This document shows, one piece after another, positions 1 through 9,284 of a DNA stretch of 32,000 bases. Numbering within the stretch: position 1 is the stretch's first letter; every line of letters starts with the position of its first letter. Below the pieces are notes generated by a model. The model ran no database searches. It worked only from the letters and a program-made list of their open reading frames with translations, and was not told the DNA's origin. Source of the DNA: a bacterium (GTDB lineage: Bacteria; Bacillota; Clostridia; TANB77; RGIG9151); contig CAVHFU010000010.1 of NCBI GenBank assembly GCA_963635575.1, forward strand, positions 7,040 through 39,039, read 5' to 3'. A program made the position numbers and the translations under genes.

Positions 1-192
1 ATTGACACTGTTACAGAAACATTAAAGAGTGGAAATAAAGTTGGATTAGTTGGTTTCGGAACATTCGAAGTAAAGAGAAGAGCTGCTAGAGAAGGAGTTA
101 ATCCTCAAACTAGGAAAGCTATCAAAATTCCTGCTAAGAAAGCTCCTGTTTTCAAAGCTGGTAAAGGTTTAAAGGAAACTGTTAATAAGTAA
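1..192 (+). CDS. hup: DNA-binding protein HU, C-terminal part (5' end lies outside the window)
   Basis: Frame 1 is open from base 1 to TAA at 190-192. The translation [63 protein letters not shown] shows the typical HU/IHF beta-arm region (GFGxFxxxxRxARxGxNPxT). Confidence 0.85.
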   Translation: MDTVTETLKSGNKVGLVGFGTFEVKRRAAREGVNPQTRKAIKIPAKKAPVFKAGKGLKETVNK

Positions 193-198
193 ATGATA

Positions 199-232
199 AA
201 AAGTTTATAGTTTTTTGGCTATAAACTTTTTT
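199..232 (+). terminator. Rho-independent terminator after hup
   Basis: Perfect 12-bp stem: aaaagtttatag (199-210) pairs with ctataaactttt (219-230). The loop is ttttttgg and a T run follows. The A-tract/T-tract symmetry could allow function in both directions. Confidence 0.7.
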
Positions 233-246
233 GCAAATAAGAGACA

Positions 247-285
247 AAAAAGTCACATTACTGTCTATTGGTAATGTGACTTTTT
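247..285 (+). terminator. Second strong stem-loop (tandem terminator or attenuator) upstream of thiI
   Basis: Perfect 15-bp stem: aaaaagtcacattac (247-261) pairs with gtaatgtgacttttt (271-285), ending in TTTTT. Confidence 0.55.
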
Positions 286-367
286 GCGGTAATGCAGAGT
301 AATCTTCCCTATTGTTTTTTAGCTTGTTTTATGGTATTATATAATGGATTGAGAGGAGTAAAATAAT

Positions 368-1531
368 ATGTATAATGTGATTCTTGTGAGATATGGAGAA
401 ATTGTGCTAAAGGGAAATAATAGATGCAAGTTTGAAAAAAAGCTTGTAGATAACATAAAGTATGCCTTAAGGGATGAAGATGTAAAAGTTACTTTTTCTC
501 AAGCTAGGTTATATGTTGAGCCAAGCGATGCTAACGATATAGAGAGGATAATGAATAAATTAAAAAAAGTATTCGGCATAGTTTCAATTAGCCCAGCTGT
601 TAAGGTTGAGTCCAATATGGAAGCTATAAAAGATATATCTGTTAAGCTAATGCAAGAAGAAAATATGGGTAAAACTTTTAAAGTAGAGGCTAGACGTGGG
701 GATAAGTCTTTTCCACTTCAATCTATGGAAATTGCGAAGGAAATTGGCGGATATGTTTTAAGTAAGGTTAAAGGGATTAAGGTTGACGTGACTAATCCGG
801 ATACAGTACTTACAATTGAAGTTAGAGAAAGTACATATGTATATATTGAAAAGATACCTGCTCTTGGAGGTATGCCTATCGGTACAAATGGTAAGGGATT
901 ACTTCTTGTTTCAGGTGGAATAGATAGTCCGGTTGCCGGTTTTATGTTGGCACGTCGTGGAGTTGAAATTGATGCACTTCATTTCTTTAGTCCGCCATAT
1001 ACCGGGGTGAAAGCTAGAGAAAAAGTTATAGAACTATGCAAAATAGTTTCACAATACAGCGGTAAGATTAACTTATATATAGCTAATTTTACAGAGCCAC
1101 AGCTTTCAATAAGAGACAATTGCCCACCTGAGCAAATGGTTTTACTTATGAGAAGAATTATGATGCGAATTGCTGAAAGAGTAGCAAATGAAAAAGGTTG
1201 TGACGCAATTATTACAGGTGAAAACATAGGTCAAGTTGCAAGTCAGACTATGAAATCTATAGTTGCAACTAATGATGTTTGTAGTATTCCTGTGTTTAGA
1301 CCTTTAATTGGAATGGATAAAAATGACATTATAGATATTGCTAAGAAAATTGGAACATTTGAAACTTCTATTTTGCCATACGAAGATTGCTGTACTATTT
1401 TCGTCCCTAAGCATCCTGAAACTCAGCCAAAAATAGAAAAGTTAGAGAAGTCTGAAAAGCATCTGGATATTGACGGAATTGTTAATACAGCTATAGAGAA
1501 TTTGGAGCTCGTTGTAATTAAGAATAACTAG
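368..1531 (+). CDS. thiI: tRNA 4-thiouridine(8) synthase ThiI (short form, no rhodanese domain)
   Basis: 387-aa ORF. The N-terminus MYNVILVRYGEIVLKGNNR is typical of the ThiI ferredoxin-like/THUMP region, and the PP-loop SGGIDSPVA is present. RBS gagaggag lies upstream of the ATG at 368. Confidence 0.9.
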   Translation: MYNVILVRYGEIVLKGNNRCKFEKKLVDNIKYALRDEDVKVTFSQARLYVEPSDANDIERIMNKLKKVFGIVSISPAVKVESNMEAIKDISVKLMQEENMGKTFKVEARRGDKSFPLQSMEIAKEIGGYVLSKVKGIKVDVTNPDTVLTIEVRESTYVYIEKIPALGGMPIGTNGKGLLLVSGGIDSPVAGFMLARRGVEIDALHFFSPPYTGVKAREKVIELCKIVSQYSGKINLYIANFTEPQLSIRDNCPPEQMVLLMRRIMMRIAERVANEKGCDAIITGENIGQVASQTMKSIVATNDVCSIPVFRPLIGMDKNDIIDIAKKIGTFETSILPYEDCCTIFVPKHPETQPKIEKLEKSEKHLDIDGIVNTAIENLELVVIKNN

Positions 1532-1563
1532 CGGCCGTTTGCAGCCTTTTTTAGCTAAAAGAC

Positions 1564-1592
1564 TTGATTTTAATTTCTATTTGTGATACACT
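1564..1592 (+). promoter_or_regulatory. Candidate sigma-A promoter for rpsB-tsf
   Basis: TTGATT (1564-1569), a 17-nt spacer, then TACACT (1587-1592) preceded by TG at 1584-1585 (extended -10 TGnTACACT). Confidence 0.4.
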
Positions 1593-1599
1593 ATTCAAG

Positions 1600-1700
1600 G
1601 AAAAAATTCACACATACTTAGAAGCCACTAATGGTGCTGACTTTGTCAGTTAGTGAATGTAACTTAAGTATGGAGGGAAAACCAAAAGGAGGAAAAATAA
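1600..1700 (+). promoter_or_regulatory. Structured 5' leader of rpsB (candidate autoregulatory element)
   Basis: Nested helices: ctgac-ttt-gtcag sits inside cactaa...ttagtg, which sits inside acatactta(g)aag...cttaagtatgg. The leader ends just before the SD aaaggagg and the ATG at 1701. Confidence 0.35.
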
Positions 1701-2435
1701 ATGTCAGTTATTGCAATGAAAGCCTTACTTGAGGCTGGTGTACACTTTGGTCACCAAACAAGAAGATGGAATCCTAAAATGGCTGAATATATCTTTACAG
1801 CTAGAAACGGAATCTACATTATCGATTTACAAAAAACATCTAAGAAGGTTGATGAAGCTCATGCTTTCATTAAATCTATCGCAGAAGAAGGAAAGTCAGT
1901 TCTTTTCGTAGGAACTAAGAAACAAGCTCAAGACGCTATTAAAGAAGAAGCTGAAAGATGCGGAATGTACTACGTTAACCAAAGATGGTTAGGTGGTATG
2001 CTTACAAACTTTAAGACAATTAGAAAGAGAATCGAACGTCTTAAAGAATTAGAAAGAATGTCTGAAGACGGAACATTCGATGTACTTCCTAAGAAAGAAG
2101 TTATAGAATTAAAGGGAGAAATGGAAAAGTTAGAAAAGAACCTTGGAGGAATTAAAGAAATGAAGAAACTTCCAGGAGCTTTATTTATCGTTGACCCTAA
2201 GAAAGAACATATCGCAGTATTAGAAGCTAGAAAGTTAAACATTCCTATCGTAGGTATTGTTGATACTAACTGTGATCCTGATGATACAGACTATGTTATT
2301 CCTGCTAACGACGATGCAATCCGTGCCGTAAAACTTATTGCTGGTGCTATGGCTGATGGTATCATTGAAGTTAACCAAGGAGAAGTTAAAGAAACTGCAA
2401 CTGAAGCGACAGAAGAAGCTCCAGTTCAAGAATAA
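1701..2435 (+). CDS. rpsB: 30S ribosomal protein S2
   Basis: 244 aa. [27 protein letters not shown] is the canonical S2 N-terminus. A strong SD lies upstream. Confidence 0.95.
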   Translation: MSVIAMKALLEAGVHFGHQTRRWNPKMAEYIFTARNGIYIIDLQKTSKKVDEAHAFIKSIAEEGKSVLFVGTKKQAQDAIKEEAERCGMYYVNQRWLGGMLTNFKTIRKRIERLKELERMSEDGTFDVLPKKEVIELKGEMEKLEKNLGGIKEMKKLPGALFIVDPKKEHIAVLEARKLNIPIVGIVDTNCDPDDTDYVIPANDDAIRAVKLIAGAMADGIIEVNQGEVKETATEATEEAPVQE

Positions 2436-2456
2436 TTTAATATAGTTTCCGAATTG

Positions 2457-2494
2457 AAAAGGAACAAGAGAAATTACTTTTCCTTGTTCCTTTT
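2457..2494 (+). terminator. Stem-loop between rpsB and tsf (partial terminator or attenuator)
   Basis: aaaaggaacaag (2457-2468) pairs with cttgttcctttt (2483-2494), followed by T-rich sequence. Confidence 0.65.
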
Positions 2495-2585
2495 ATTGTG
2501 AAATAAAAAAGATTCACAAGACTCGTCGTCGACGATTGGTGTGGCTTTTATTTTCAAAAAAATAAAAATAAGGAGTGGTAAAATA

Positions 2586-3476
2586 ATGGTTACAGCTGCT
2601 ATGGTTAAAGAATTAAGAGAAATTACAAGCGCTGGTATGCTTGATTGCCAAAAGGCATTAAAAGAAACTGATGGAAATATGGAAAAGGCTATCGAATTTT
2701 TAAGAGAAAAGGGACTTGCTACTGCTGCTAAGAAGGCTGGAAGAATTGCCGCAGAAGGTATTGTAAAGGCTTACGTAACAGACGACAAGAAAGTAGGAGT
2801 TTTACTTGAAGTTAACTCTGAAACAGACTTCGTTGCTAAGAACGAAGAATTCCAAACTTTCGTTTCAAATGTTGCTAAATTAATCGCAGATGAAAATCCT
2901 GCTGATGTTGAAGCATTAAAAGAATTAAAGTATGAAAACGAAACAGTTGGTTCTGCATTTACAGCTCTAATCGCTAAGATTGGTGAAAATATGAATTTAA
3001 GACGTTTCGTTCGTATTGCCGGAAATGTATGTTCATATACACACGGCGGTGGAAGAATCGGTGTTTTAGTTGAAGCAGAAGGTGCCCTAGACACAGACGA
3101 AAAGTATGAAGCTGCTAGAGACGTTGCTATGCAAATTGCTGCGATAAATCCTTTATACTTAACAAAAGAAGTAGTTCCTGCTGCTGACGTTGCTAAGGAA
3201 AAAGAAATTATCATTGCACAAATCAAAGAAGACCCTAAGAATGCTAATAAGCCTGAACAAATCATTGAAAAAATGGTTGAAGGAAAAATCAATAAGTTCT
3301 ATGAAACAAACTGCTTATTACAACAAGAATATGTTAAGGATAGTGAACTTAAAGTTGAAAAATACTTAACTTCTAAAGGCGTTAAATTAACAAACTTCGT
3401 AAGATTTGAAAAAGGTGAAGGACTTCAAAAGAAGGAAGAAAACTTTGCTGAAGAAGTTATGAAACAAATTAAGTAA
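2586..3476 (+). CDS. tsf: Translation elongation factor Ts
   Basis: MVTAAMVKELREITSAGMLDCQKALKETDGNMEKAIEFLREKG is the canonical EF-Ts UBA-like N-terminus. I prefer ATG 2586, with AGGAG at 2571-2575, over the track's GTG at 2541. Confidence 0.95.
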   Translation: MVTAAMVKELREITSAGMLDCQKALKETDGNMEKAIEFLREKGLATAAKKAGRIAAEGIVKAYVTDDKKVGVLLEVNSETDFVAKNEEFQTFVSNVAKLIADENPADVEALKELKYENETVGSAFTALIAKIGENMNLRRFVRIAGNVCSYTHGGGRIGVLVEAEGALDTDEKYEAARDVAMQIAAINPLYLTKEVVPAADVAKEKEIIIAQIKEDPKNANKPEQIIEKMVEGKINKFYETNCLLQQEYVKDSELKVEKYLTSKGVKLTNFVRFEKGEGLQKKEENFAEEVMKQIK

Positions 3477-3481
3477 GAACG

Positions 3482-3510
3482 AAGGTCATCCGAATAGGAT
3501 GACCTTTTCT
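3482..3510 (+). terminator. Rho-independent terminator after tsf
   Basis: Perfect 10-bp stem: aaggtcatcc (3482-3491) pairs with ggatgacctt (3497-3506). The loop is gaata and ttttct follows. Confidence 0.8.
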
Positions 3511-3532
3511 TGACATAACAGGAGGTACATAT

Positions 3533-4258
3533 ATGGAAACTCAATTTTCAAGAACTGAGTTATTAATTGGCAAAGATGGAATAGAAAAATTAAATAATGC
3601 AAAAGTGGCTGTTTTTGGCGTAGGCGGAGTAGGTTCTTATGTTGTAGAAGGACTTGCACGATGCGGAATTGGGAACTTTATTTTGGTAGATAAAGATGAG
3701 GTAGCACTTAGTAATATAAATCGTCAAATTATAGCTACTCATAAGACTTTAGGTATGCCAAAAGTAAAAGTAGCTAAAGAGAGAATTTTAGACATAAATC
3801 CCAATGCAAATGTCGAAATATACCAAGAGTTTTTTATGCCTGAGACAAAAGGGATTATAGATAATTCTGTGTCGTATATAGTTGATGCGATAGATACCGT
3901 AACAGCTAAAATTGAATTAGTTATTCGTGCACGTGAGCTGAATGTACCGATAATATCAAGTATGGGAACAGGGAACAAATTAAATCCGACAATGTTTGAA
4001 GTTACAGATATTTATAAAACAAGTGTATGCCCACTAGCTAAAGTTATGAGAAAAGAACTTAGAACTCTTGGAATAGAGAAACTAAAAGTTGTTTACTCGA
4101 AGGAAGAACCGTTTAAAACAGGAGTTATAGGAGAAAGTGGAAAACAAGTTCCCGCAAGTGTGGCATTTGTACCATCAGTTGCCGGAATGATTATTGCAAG
4201 TGAAGTAGTAAAAGATATTTTGGAATATAAGAAAATAGAATCGATTAGTTTTTACTAA
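3533..4258 (+). CDS. tcdA: tRNA threonylcarbamoyladenosine dehydratase (ThiF/MoeB/HesA-family E1-like enzyme, TcdA/CsdL type)
   Basis: 241 aa. The Rossmann motif is VAVFGVGGVGSYVVEGLARCGIGNFILVDKDEVALSNINRQ. Size and absence of a rhodanese or MoeB C-terminal region fit TcdA. Confidence 0.75.
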   Translation: METQFSRTELLIGKDGIEKLNNAKVAVFGVGGVGSYVVEGLARCGIGNFILVDKDEVALSNINRQIIATHKTLGMPKVKVAKERILDINPNANVEIYQEFFMPETKGIIDNSVSYIVDAIDTVTAKIELVIRARELNVPIISSMGTGNKLNPTMFEVTDIYKTSVCPLAKVMRKELRTLGIEKLKVVYSKEEPFKTGVIGESGKQVPASVAFVPSVAGMIIASEVVKDILEYKKIESISFY

Positions 4259-4273
4259 GCGTACATATAGTCG

Positions 4274-4306
4274 AAAAAAAGGGAACGGACTTGACCGTTC
4301 CCTTTT
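4274..4306 (+). terminator. Rho-independent terminator after tcdA
   Basis: gggaacgg (4281-4288) pairs with ccgttccc (4295-4302). It is flanked by an A-tract and followed by ttttat. Confidence 0.8.
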
Positions 4307-4342
4307 ATAGTAGTAAAATTATGGTGCAAAGGAGATAGAAAA

Positions 4343-5584
4343 ATGTATAATAATTATGGAATTAGTGAGAAAGTTGTAGAATTTTCAAAATTGGCTATGG
4401 AAAAAATTAAACCTCAGTTTGAACATATAGAAAAGATTGCTGAGTATAATCAAATGAAGGTTTTGTCTGCTTTTAATAAGCATAAGATATCTGAGGCTCA
4501 TTTTATGGGAACGTCGGGTTATGGATATAACGATTTAGGAAGAGACGCTATAGAAGAGGTATATGCAGATGTGTTTGGTACAGAGGACGCATTAGTAAGG
4601 TCTCAATTTGTATCAGGTACTCATACTATATCTACCGCTCTTTTTGGAATTTTAAGGCCAGGAGACACATTACTAGCAATATCCGGTACACCATATGACA
4701 CATTACACGATGTTATAAATGGAGATGGAATAGGTTCGCTAAAGGATTTTGGCGTTAAATATGACGAAATTTCACTTGATGAAAATTCTGATATAGATTT
4801 AGAGAAAGTAATGAGTTATTTAAGAAGTAATACTGTAAAAATGATAGAAATTCAACGTTCTAAAGGATACGGTTGGAGAAAGACATTTTCAGCTGAATAC
4901 ATAAACTCGGTTATAAAGGAAATACATAGAGAATTCCCTAACGTAGTATGTTTTGTAGATAACTGCTACGGCGAGTTGGTTGATGAAATTGAACCATATG
5001 AAGCTGATTTGATTGCAGGTTCATTGATTAAGAACTTAGGTGGAGGCATAGTGCCGATCGGTGGATATGTTGCCGGAAAAGGAAAATATGTTGAGCAAGT
5101 TGCATATAGACTTACAAGCCCCGGAATAGGTAAAGAAGCAGGAGCAACATTGGGAATAAATAAACAATTTTTGCAAGGGTTATTCTTAGCTCCGCATGTT
5201 GTATCTCAAGCCGTAAAAACTGCTGTATTTTGTGCAGCAGTTATGGAAGAATTAGGCTATGAAGCTGAGCCAAAATCTAGCGAAATGAGACATGATATAA
5301 TTCAATCGGTAAAAATTGGAGACAGAGAAAAGTTAATTAAGTTCTGCCAAGGACTTCAAAGTGCATCACCTATTGATTCACATGCAGTACCATATCCATC
5401 TCCTATGCCGGGATATGCTGATGAAGTAATTATGGCTGCAGGAGCATTTAATCAAGGCTCTTCAATAGAACTTAGTGCCGATGCACCGATTAGAGAACCA
5501 TATATTATATATATGCAAGGTGGACTTACTTTTGAGTCTGGAAAGTTTGGAATTATGAAAGCAGTTCAAAGTATGATAGGATAA
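4343..5584 (+). CDS. Methionine gamma-lyase-family PLP enzyme (YnbB / 'aluminium resistance protein' family)
   Basis: 413 aa. The N-terminal pattern (NQMKVLSAFNKHKISEAHFMGTSGYGYNDLGRD...FGTEDALVR) is recognised from memory as the YnbB family. The assignment is by resemblance only. Confidence 0.65.
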   Translation: MYNNYGISEKVVEFSKLAMEKIKPQFEHIEKIAEYNQMKVLSAFNKHKISEAHFMGTSGYGYNDLGRDAIEEVYADVFGTEDALVRSQFVSGTHTISTALFGILRPGDTLLAISGTPYDTLHDVINGDGIGSLKDFGVKYDEISLDENSDIDLEKVMSYLRSNTVKMIEIQRSKGYGWRKTFSAEYINSVIKEIHREFPNVVCFVDNCYGELVDEIEPYEADLIAGSLIKNLGGGIVPIGGYVAGKGKYVEQVAYRLTSPGIGKEAGATLGINKQFLQGLFLAPHVVSQAVKTAVFCAAVMEELGYEAEPKSSEMRHDIIQSVKIGDREKLIKFCQGLQSASPIDSHAVPYPSPMPGYADEVIMAAGAFNQGSSIELSADAPIREPYIIYMQGGLTFESGKFGIMKAVQSMIG

Positions 5585-5597
5585 GTGGAAAGGTTGG

Positions 5598-6305
5598 GTG
5601 TCCTATATGGGGAAAAAGATACTTGTTGTAGATGATGAAAAACCAATTGTTGATTTAATCAGCTTTAACTTAAAAAAAGAGGGACATGAAGTAATCGAGG
5701 CAAATGACGGTGAAGTGGGCTATAATATGGCACTATCTGAGAAACCTGATTTGATATTACTAGACGTGATGCTGCCTAAAATGGATGGTTTTACAGTTTG
5801 CAGAAAACTAAGAGAAAAGATCTCCACTCCTATAATTATGATTACGGCTAAAGAAGAGGAAGTTGACAAGGTACTTGGACTAGAACTTGGTGCAGATGAC
5901 TATATGACAAAACCCTTTGGCATTAGAGAGCTTATTGCAAGAGTTAAAGCCAATTTGCGTCGCACCGACATAGAAGCACAACCTGAGAATAGTATAAATA
6001 ATTCAGATGAGTCCCATTATGGAGATTTATCTATTAATATGTCTAGATATGAAGTTAAAAAGAACGGAACAGTTATAGAACTTACATTAAGAGAGTTTGA
6101 ACTATTAAAATTTTTAGCTAATTATTCTGGTCAAGTTTTTTCAAGAGAAGCATTGCTTGAAAAGGTATGGGGTTATGAATATTACGGCGATATGAGAACT
6201 GTTGATGTAACGATAAGACGTCTTAGAGAGAAAATAGAGAGTAATGCGGCAGAACCTGAATATATAATGACTAAACGTGGCGTTGGTTACTACTTTAAAA
6301 AGTAA
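5598..6305 (+). CDS. walR: OmpR-family response regulator, WalR/YycF-like
   Basis: KKILVVDDEKPIVDLISFNLKKEGHEV...LILLDVMLPKMDG...TAKEEEVDKVLGLELGADDYMTKPFGIRELIARVKANLRR closely parallels B. subtilis WalR. The C-terminus is a winged-helix domain. The start may be ATG 5607 rather than GTG 5598. Confidence 0.75.
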   Translation: MSYMGKKILVVDDEKPIVDLISFNLKKEGHEVIEANDGEVGYNMALSEKPDLILLDVMLPKMDGFTVCRKLREKISTPIIMITAKEEEVDKVLGLELGADDYMTKPFGIRELIARVKANLRRTDIEAQPENSINNSDESHYGDLSINMSRYEVKKNGTVIELTLREFELLKFLANYSGQVFSREALLEKVWGYEYYGDMRTVDVTIRRLREKIESNAAEPEYIMTKRGVGYYFKK

Positions 6306-6326
6306 ATAATTCGGAGGTGCAGGTAT

Positions 6327-8096
6327 TTGAAATTTTTTAGGACACTTCAATGGAGGCTTATGGCGATTTTGTTTTTGCTTGTCATATGCCTTATGATAAT
6401 GGTCGGAACATTCTTAATTTCTACCATAGATAATACATATTCAAATAGTTTTATATCTGATATGCAAAAATTTGAACACGATTTGGAAAGCTCACAAATT
6501 ATTGCAGACGATATTGTCTTGGATGATACAGAATATGCTTCTGAATTGTTTAAGGCTTTTAAAACATATTTCCAAATAGATGATACGACTAAAAAAGGAT
6601 ATTTATTATCCCCATTGAGTGAAGTTATATTACCTGCAAACAGAACTACAAATGATATAGAAATAACAGATAATATCATACTTGCAATGAGTGGAAATAA
6701 TGGCAACAAGGTATTAGAAGAAAATGATTATTTTGACTATGCAAAGCCTGTTATAATGCAAGGCGAAGTTAAGTATATATGTTATTTAAAACAAGGTAAG
6801 GATACAATTAACGAAATAATTAGTTCATTAAAAAGAAGTATTGTATATGTTGTTTTAGTGGCTTTAGGTGTTTCTATTGTGGTTAGTTATATCGTTTCAC
6901 GAGCTATTACAATTCCTGTTCATAAGCTTACTAAGAGTGCCGAAAAAATGGCAAATGGAGATTTTACGCAGATAAAAGAACCGGAGTCCGGGGACGAGAT
7001 TTCTCTACTTGCAAACAAATTTAATTATATGGGAAACAGATTAAAAAACACACTTAGTGAGATTTCACAAGAAAAGGGAAAGTTAGAGACATTACTTCAA
7101 AATATGAGTGACGGTGTTATTGCGTTTGATGCAGAAGGTTTATTAATTCATGCTAACCCTTCGGCTCAAAAGATGTTAAATATCTCAGGAGAAAATTTAA
7201 GATTTGAAGATATATTTAGGGAGCTGGGATTTGATATTTCTTTTGAAGATGTTATGAAGGCTGAAAATGGAACTTTCTCAGGGCAAAAGATTGAAATAAA
7301 CGGAAAGTATTTAAACCTATTAATTGCTAAGGTTATGAATTCAGAAGAGAATAATAATTATGGGGCTATTGTGGTTATTCAAGATGTTACTGAACAAGAA
7401 AAACTTGAAATTATGAGAAAAGAGTTTGTTGCAAACGTTTCTCATGAATTAAAGACGCCAATTACTTCAATTAGAGGATATTCTGAAACACTATTAGATA
7501 GCAGTGATGATATTGATAGAGAAACTGCTAAAAAGTTTTTAGGGGTTATTAATGAAGAAGCTGAGAGAATGTCTAGACTTGTTAGCGATTTATTAAAACT
7601 TTCTAAGATGGATTTAAAAAATGATAGTGAAAATAGAACTAATTTTGATGTGGTAAAGTTAGCAAGACAGTGTGTTGATAAGATTTACATTGAAGCAGAT
7701 AAAAAGAAACAAGAACTTGTGTTATTTAATGATTCAGATGAGAATATAAAGGCCTTTGCTAATGAGAGCGATATTGAGCAAGTTATATTAAACATTTTAT
7801 CTAATGCTATTAAATATACACCTGAGAACGGAAAAATTGGGATTAAAGTAGAAAAAGTAACTGATGGTGCTGAAATTATTGTTAAGGATAATGGCATAGG
7901 AATTCCTAAAGAGGATTTGCCTAGAGTTTTTGAGAGATTTTATAGAGTAGATAAAGCAAGAAGCAGGGATATGGGTGGTACCGGACTCGGACTTGCGATT
8001 GCTAAAACTATGGTGGAGAGCAATGGTGGAACTATTACGATAGATAGTGAGCAAAACGTTGGAACTGAGGTAAAAATTATACTAAAAAGTTTATAA
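6327..8096 (+). CDS. walK: Sensor histidine kinase, WalK/VicK-like (2 TM, HAMP, PAS, HisKA, HATPase_c)
   Basis: 589 aa with a TTG start, 7 nt after GGAGGTG. H-box FVANVSHELKTPITSIRGY, N-box ILSNAIKYTP, G-boxes DNGIGIP and GGTGLGLAI. It lies immediately downstream of the regulator. Confidence 0.7.
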   Translation: MKFFRTLQWRLMAILFLLVICLMIMVGTFLISTIDNTYSNSFISDMQKFEHDLESSQIIADDIVLDDTEYASELFKAFKTYFQIDDTTKKGYLLSPLSEVILPANRTTNDIEITDNIILAMSGNNGNKVLEENDYFDYAKPVIMQGEVKYICYLKQGKDTINEIISSLKRSIVYVVLVALGVSIVVSYIVSRAITIPVHKLTKSAEKMANGDFTQIKEPESGDEISLLANKFNYMGNRLKNTLSEISQEKGKLETLLQNMSDGVIAFDAEGLLIHANPSAQKMLNISGENLRFEDIFRELGFDISFEDVMKAENGTFSGQKIEINGKYLNLLIAKVMNSEENNNYGAIVVIQDVTEQEKLEIMRKEFVANVSHELKTPITSIRGYSETLLDSSDDIDRETAKKFLGVINEEAERMSRLVSDLLKLSKMDLKNDSENRTNFDVVKLARQCVDKIYIEADKKKQELVLFNDSDENIKAFANESDIEQVILNILSNAIKYTPENGKIGIKVEKVTDGAEIIVKDNGIGIPKEDLPRVFERFYRVDKARSRDMGGTGLGLAIAKTMVESNGGTITIDSEQNVGTEVKIILKSL

Positions 8097-8110
8097 GATA
8101 TGGAGAGAAA

Positions 8111-8776
8111 ATGATTATGAAATTACTTGCAATTGATACATCTAATAAAATTGCTTCTGTGGCAGTTTTTGATAATAACATATGTTTAGGAGAAAAATTA
8201 TCTGATGACCAAAAAACACATTCAGAAAAGCTTTTGCCGATTATGGACGAATTACTTACTGAACTTGGACTTACAATAAAAGATATTGATTTACTTGCTG
8301 TGTCAGTAGGCCCGGGTTCTTTTACAGGAATAAGGATTGGAGTTGCAACTATAAAGGGAATAGCACAAGCGTTAGATAAATCAGTTATTGGTGTTACTTC
8401 CCTAGAGGGACTTATAGAAATGGGAAATAGTGAGAATGTTTGTGCCGTTATTAATGCAAAACATGGAAATGTATATGCACAAATCAAGTATAAAAATGAG
8501 CTTAAAACTCCTGATTGCAAAGAAATCTCTCAACTTTTAAACGAGTTAAAAATGCTAAACGAAAAGTTTGTGATTGTTGGTGATGCAACCGAAGAATATG
8601 AAAGCTTATTTAAATCTGAAATTAATTGCGAGATTTTGACCAAAAAGATAGAAACGAGTTTAGAGATTGGAAAAGTGGCATTAAATAAGTATTATACAGA
8701 TGAAAGCAATGCAAAAAATCCTAGTGAAATTAACCCGATTTATTTAAGATTAGCCCAGCCAGATAGAGGTGTGTAG
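8111..8776 (+). CDS. tsaB: tRNA t6A biosynthesis protein TsaB (YeaZ)
   Basis: MKLLAIDTSNKIASVAVFDNN...LLAVSVGPGSFTGIRIGVATIKG is the canonical TsaB signature. Confidence 0.85.
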   Translation: MIMKLLAIDTSNKIASVAVFDNNICLGEKLSDDQKTHSEKLLPIMDELLTELGLTIKDIDLLAVSVGPGSFTGIRIGVATIKGIAQALDKSVIGVTSLEGLIEMGNSENVCAVINAKHGNVYAQIKYKNELKTPDCKEISQLLNELKMLNEKFVIVGDATEEYESLFKSEINCEILTKKIETSLEIGKVALNKYYTDESNAKNPSEINPIYLRLAQPDRGV

Positions 8777-8783
8777 AAAAAAT

Positions 8784-9227
8784 ATGCAAAAAATTGTTAT
8801 AGAAAAGATGACTATTGACGATATAGATAATGTGTTAGAGGTAGAAAAGGATTGCTTTTCTATTCCTTGGTCAAGAGAATCATTTTTAAGAGAAATTACA
8901 AATAACGAAATAGCATTATATTTAGTAGCGAAAATAGAAAATAAAGCAGTTGGATATATTGGTGTCTGGAAGATTATAAATGAAGGACATATTACTAATG
9001 TGGCGGTACATTCAAAATATAGAAAGTTTGGCATTGGTAATGAATTAGTATCTAGGCTGCTTTCTTTGTGTAGAGAAGATGGTATAGATGCTTTTACTCT
9101 GGAGGTTAGAAAAAGTAACATTGTCGCCCAAAATCTATATAAAAAATATGGTTTTGTGGAGAGCGGAGTAAGAAAAGGCTATTACCAGGATAACAGAGAA
9201 GATGCAATTATTATGTGGCTAAATTAG
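8784..9227 (+). CDS. rimI: Ribosomal-protein-alanine N-acetyltransferase RimI (GNAT)
   Basis: GNAT motif A is VAVHSKYRKFGIGNELV. The tsaB-rimI pairing is conserved. ATG 8784 is preferred over the track's GTG 8769, which overlaps tsaB. Confidence 0.8.
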   Translation: MQKIVIEKMTIDDIDNVLEVEKDCFSIPWSRESFLREITNNEIALYLVAKIENKAVGYIGVWKIINEGHITNVAVHSKYRKFGIGNELVSRLLSLCREDGIDAFTLEVRKSNIVAQNLYKKYGFVESGVRKGYYQDNREDAIIMWLN

Positions 9228-9284
9228 ATTTTAACTAAGGAGAAAATAGAAATGTTTTATCGTTTCTAAATAAAGATACGGAGG

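Noticed and set aside
340-345. A TATAAT box upstream of thiI as a promoter.
   Set aside because: No acceptable -35 hexamer lies at 16-18 nt spacing, and TATAAT-like strings are frequent in this AT-rich DNA.
2541-2585. The GTG-initiated 15-codon N-terminal extension of tsf (MAFIFKKIKIRSGKI).
   Set aside because: The AGGAG sits inside this extension, correctly spaced for ATG 2586, and EF-Ts proteins begin at the MxxTAxxVKELRE motif.
2771-3292. A long antisense ORF (173 aa) inside tsf, and similar antisense or out-of-frame ORFs in the track (e.g. 979-1227, 1970-2242, 6347-6709, 8077-8520, 8750-9121, 13833-14171, 16389-16694, 18040-18363, 22606-22878, 26962-27231, 29525-29776).
   Set aside because: All lie entirely within confidently identified genes on the other strand or frame. 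They have Ser/Ile/Phe/Leu-rich low-complexity translations typical of the mirror frame of AT-rich coding sequence, and they lack SD sequences.
3510-3515. A TTGACA right after the tsf terminator as a tcdA promoter.
   Set aside because: Only 17 nt remain before the ATG at 3533, so a -10 element and leader cannot fit unless the mRNA is leaderless, which conflicts with the clear AGGAGG SD.
9252-9269. A five-codon mini-ORF (MFYRF-stop) with a well-spaced AAGGAG (9237-9242) just upstream of the Lon-like gene; a possible leader peptide.
   Set aside because: It is too short to distinguish from chance in AT-rich intergenic DNA. I saw no attenuator or anti-terminator structure, and conservation cannot be tested here.
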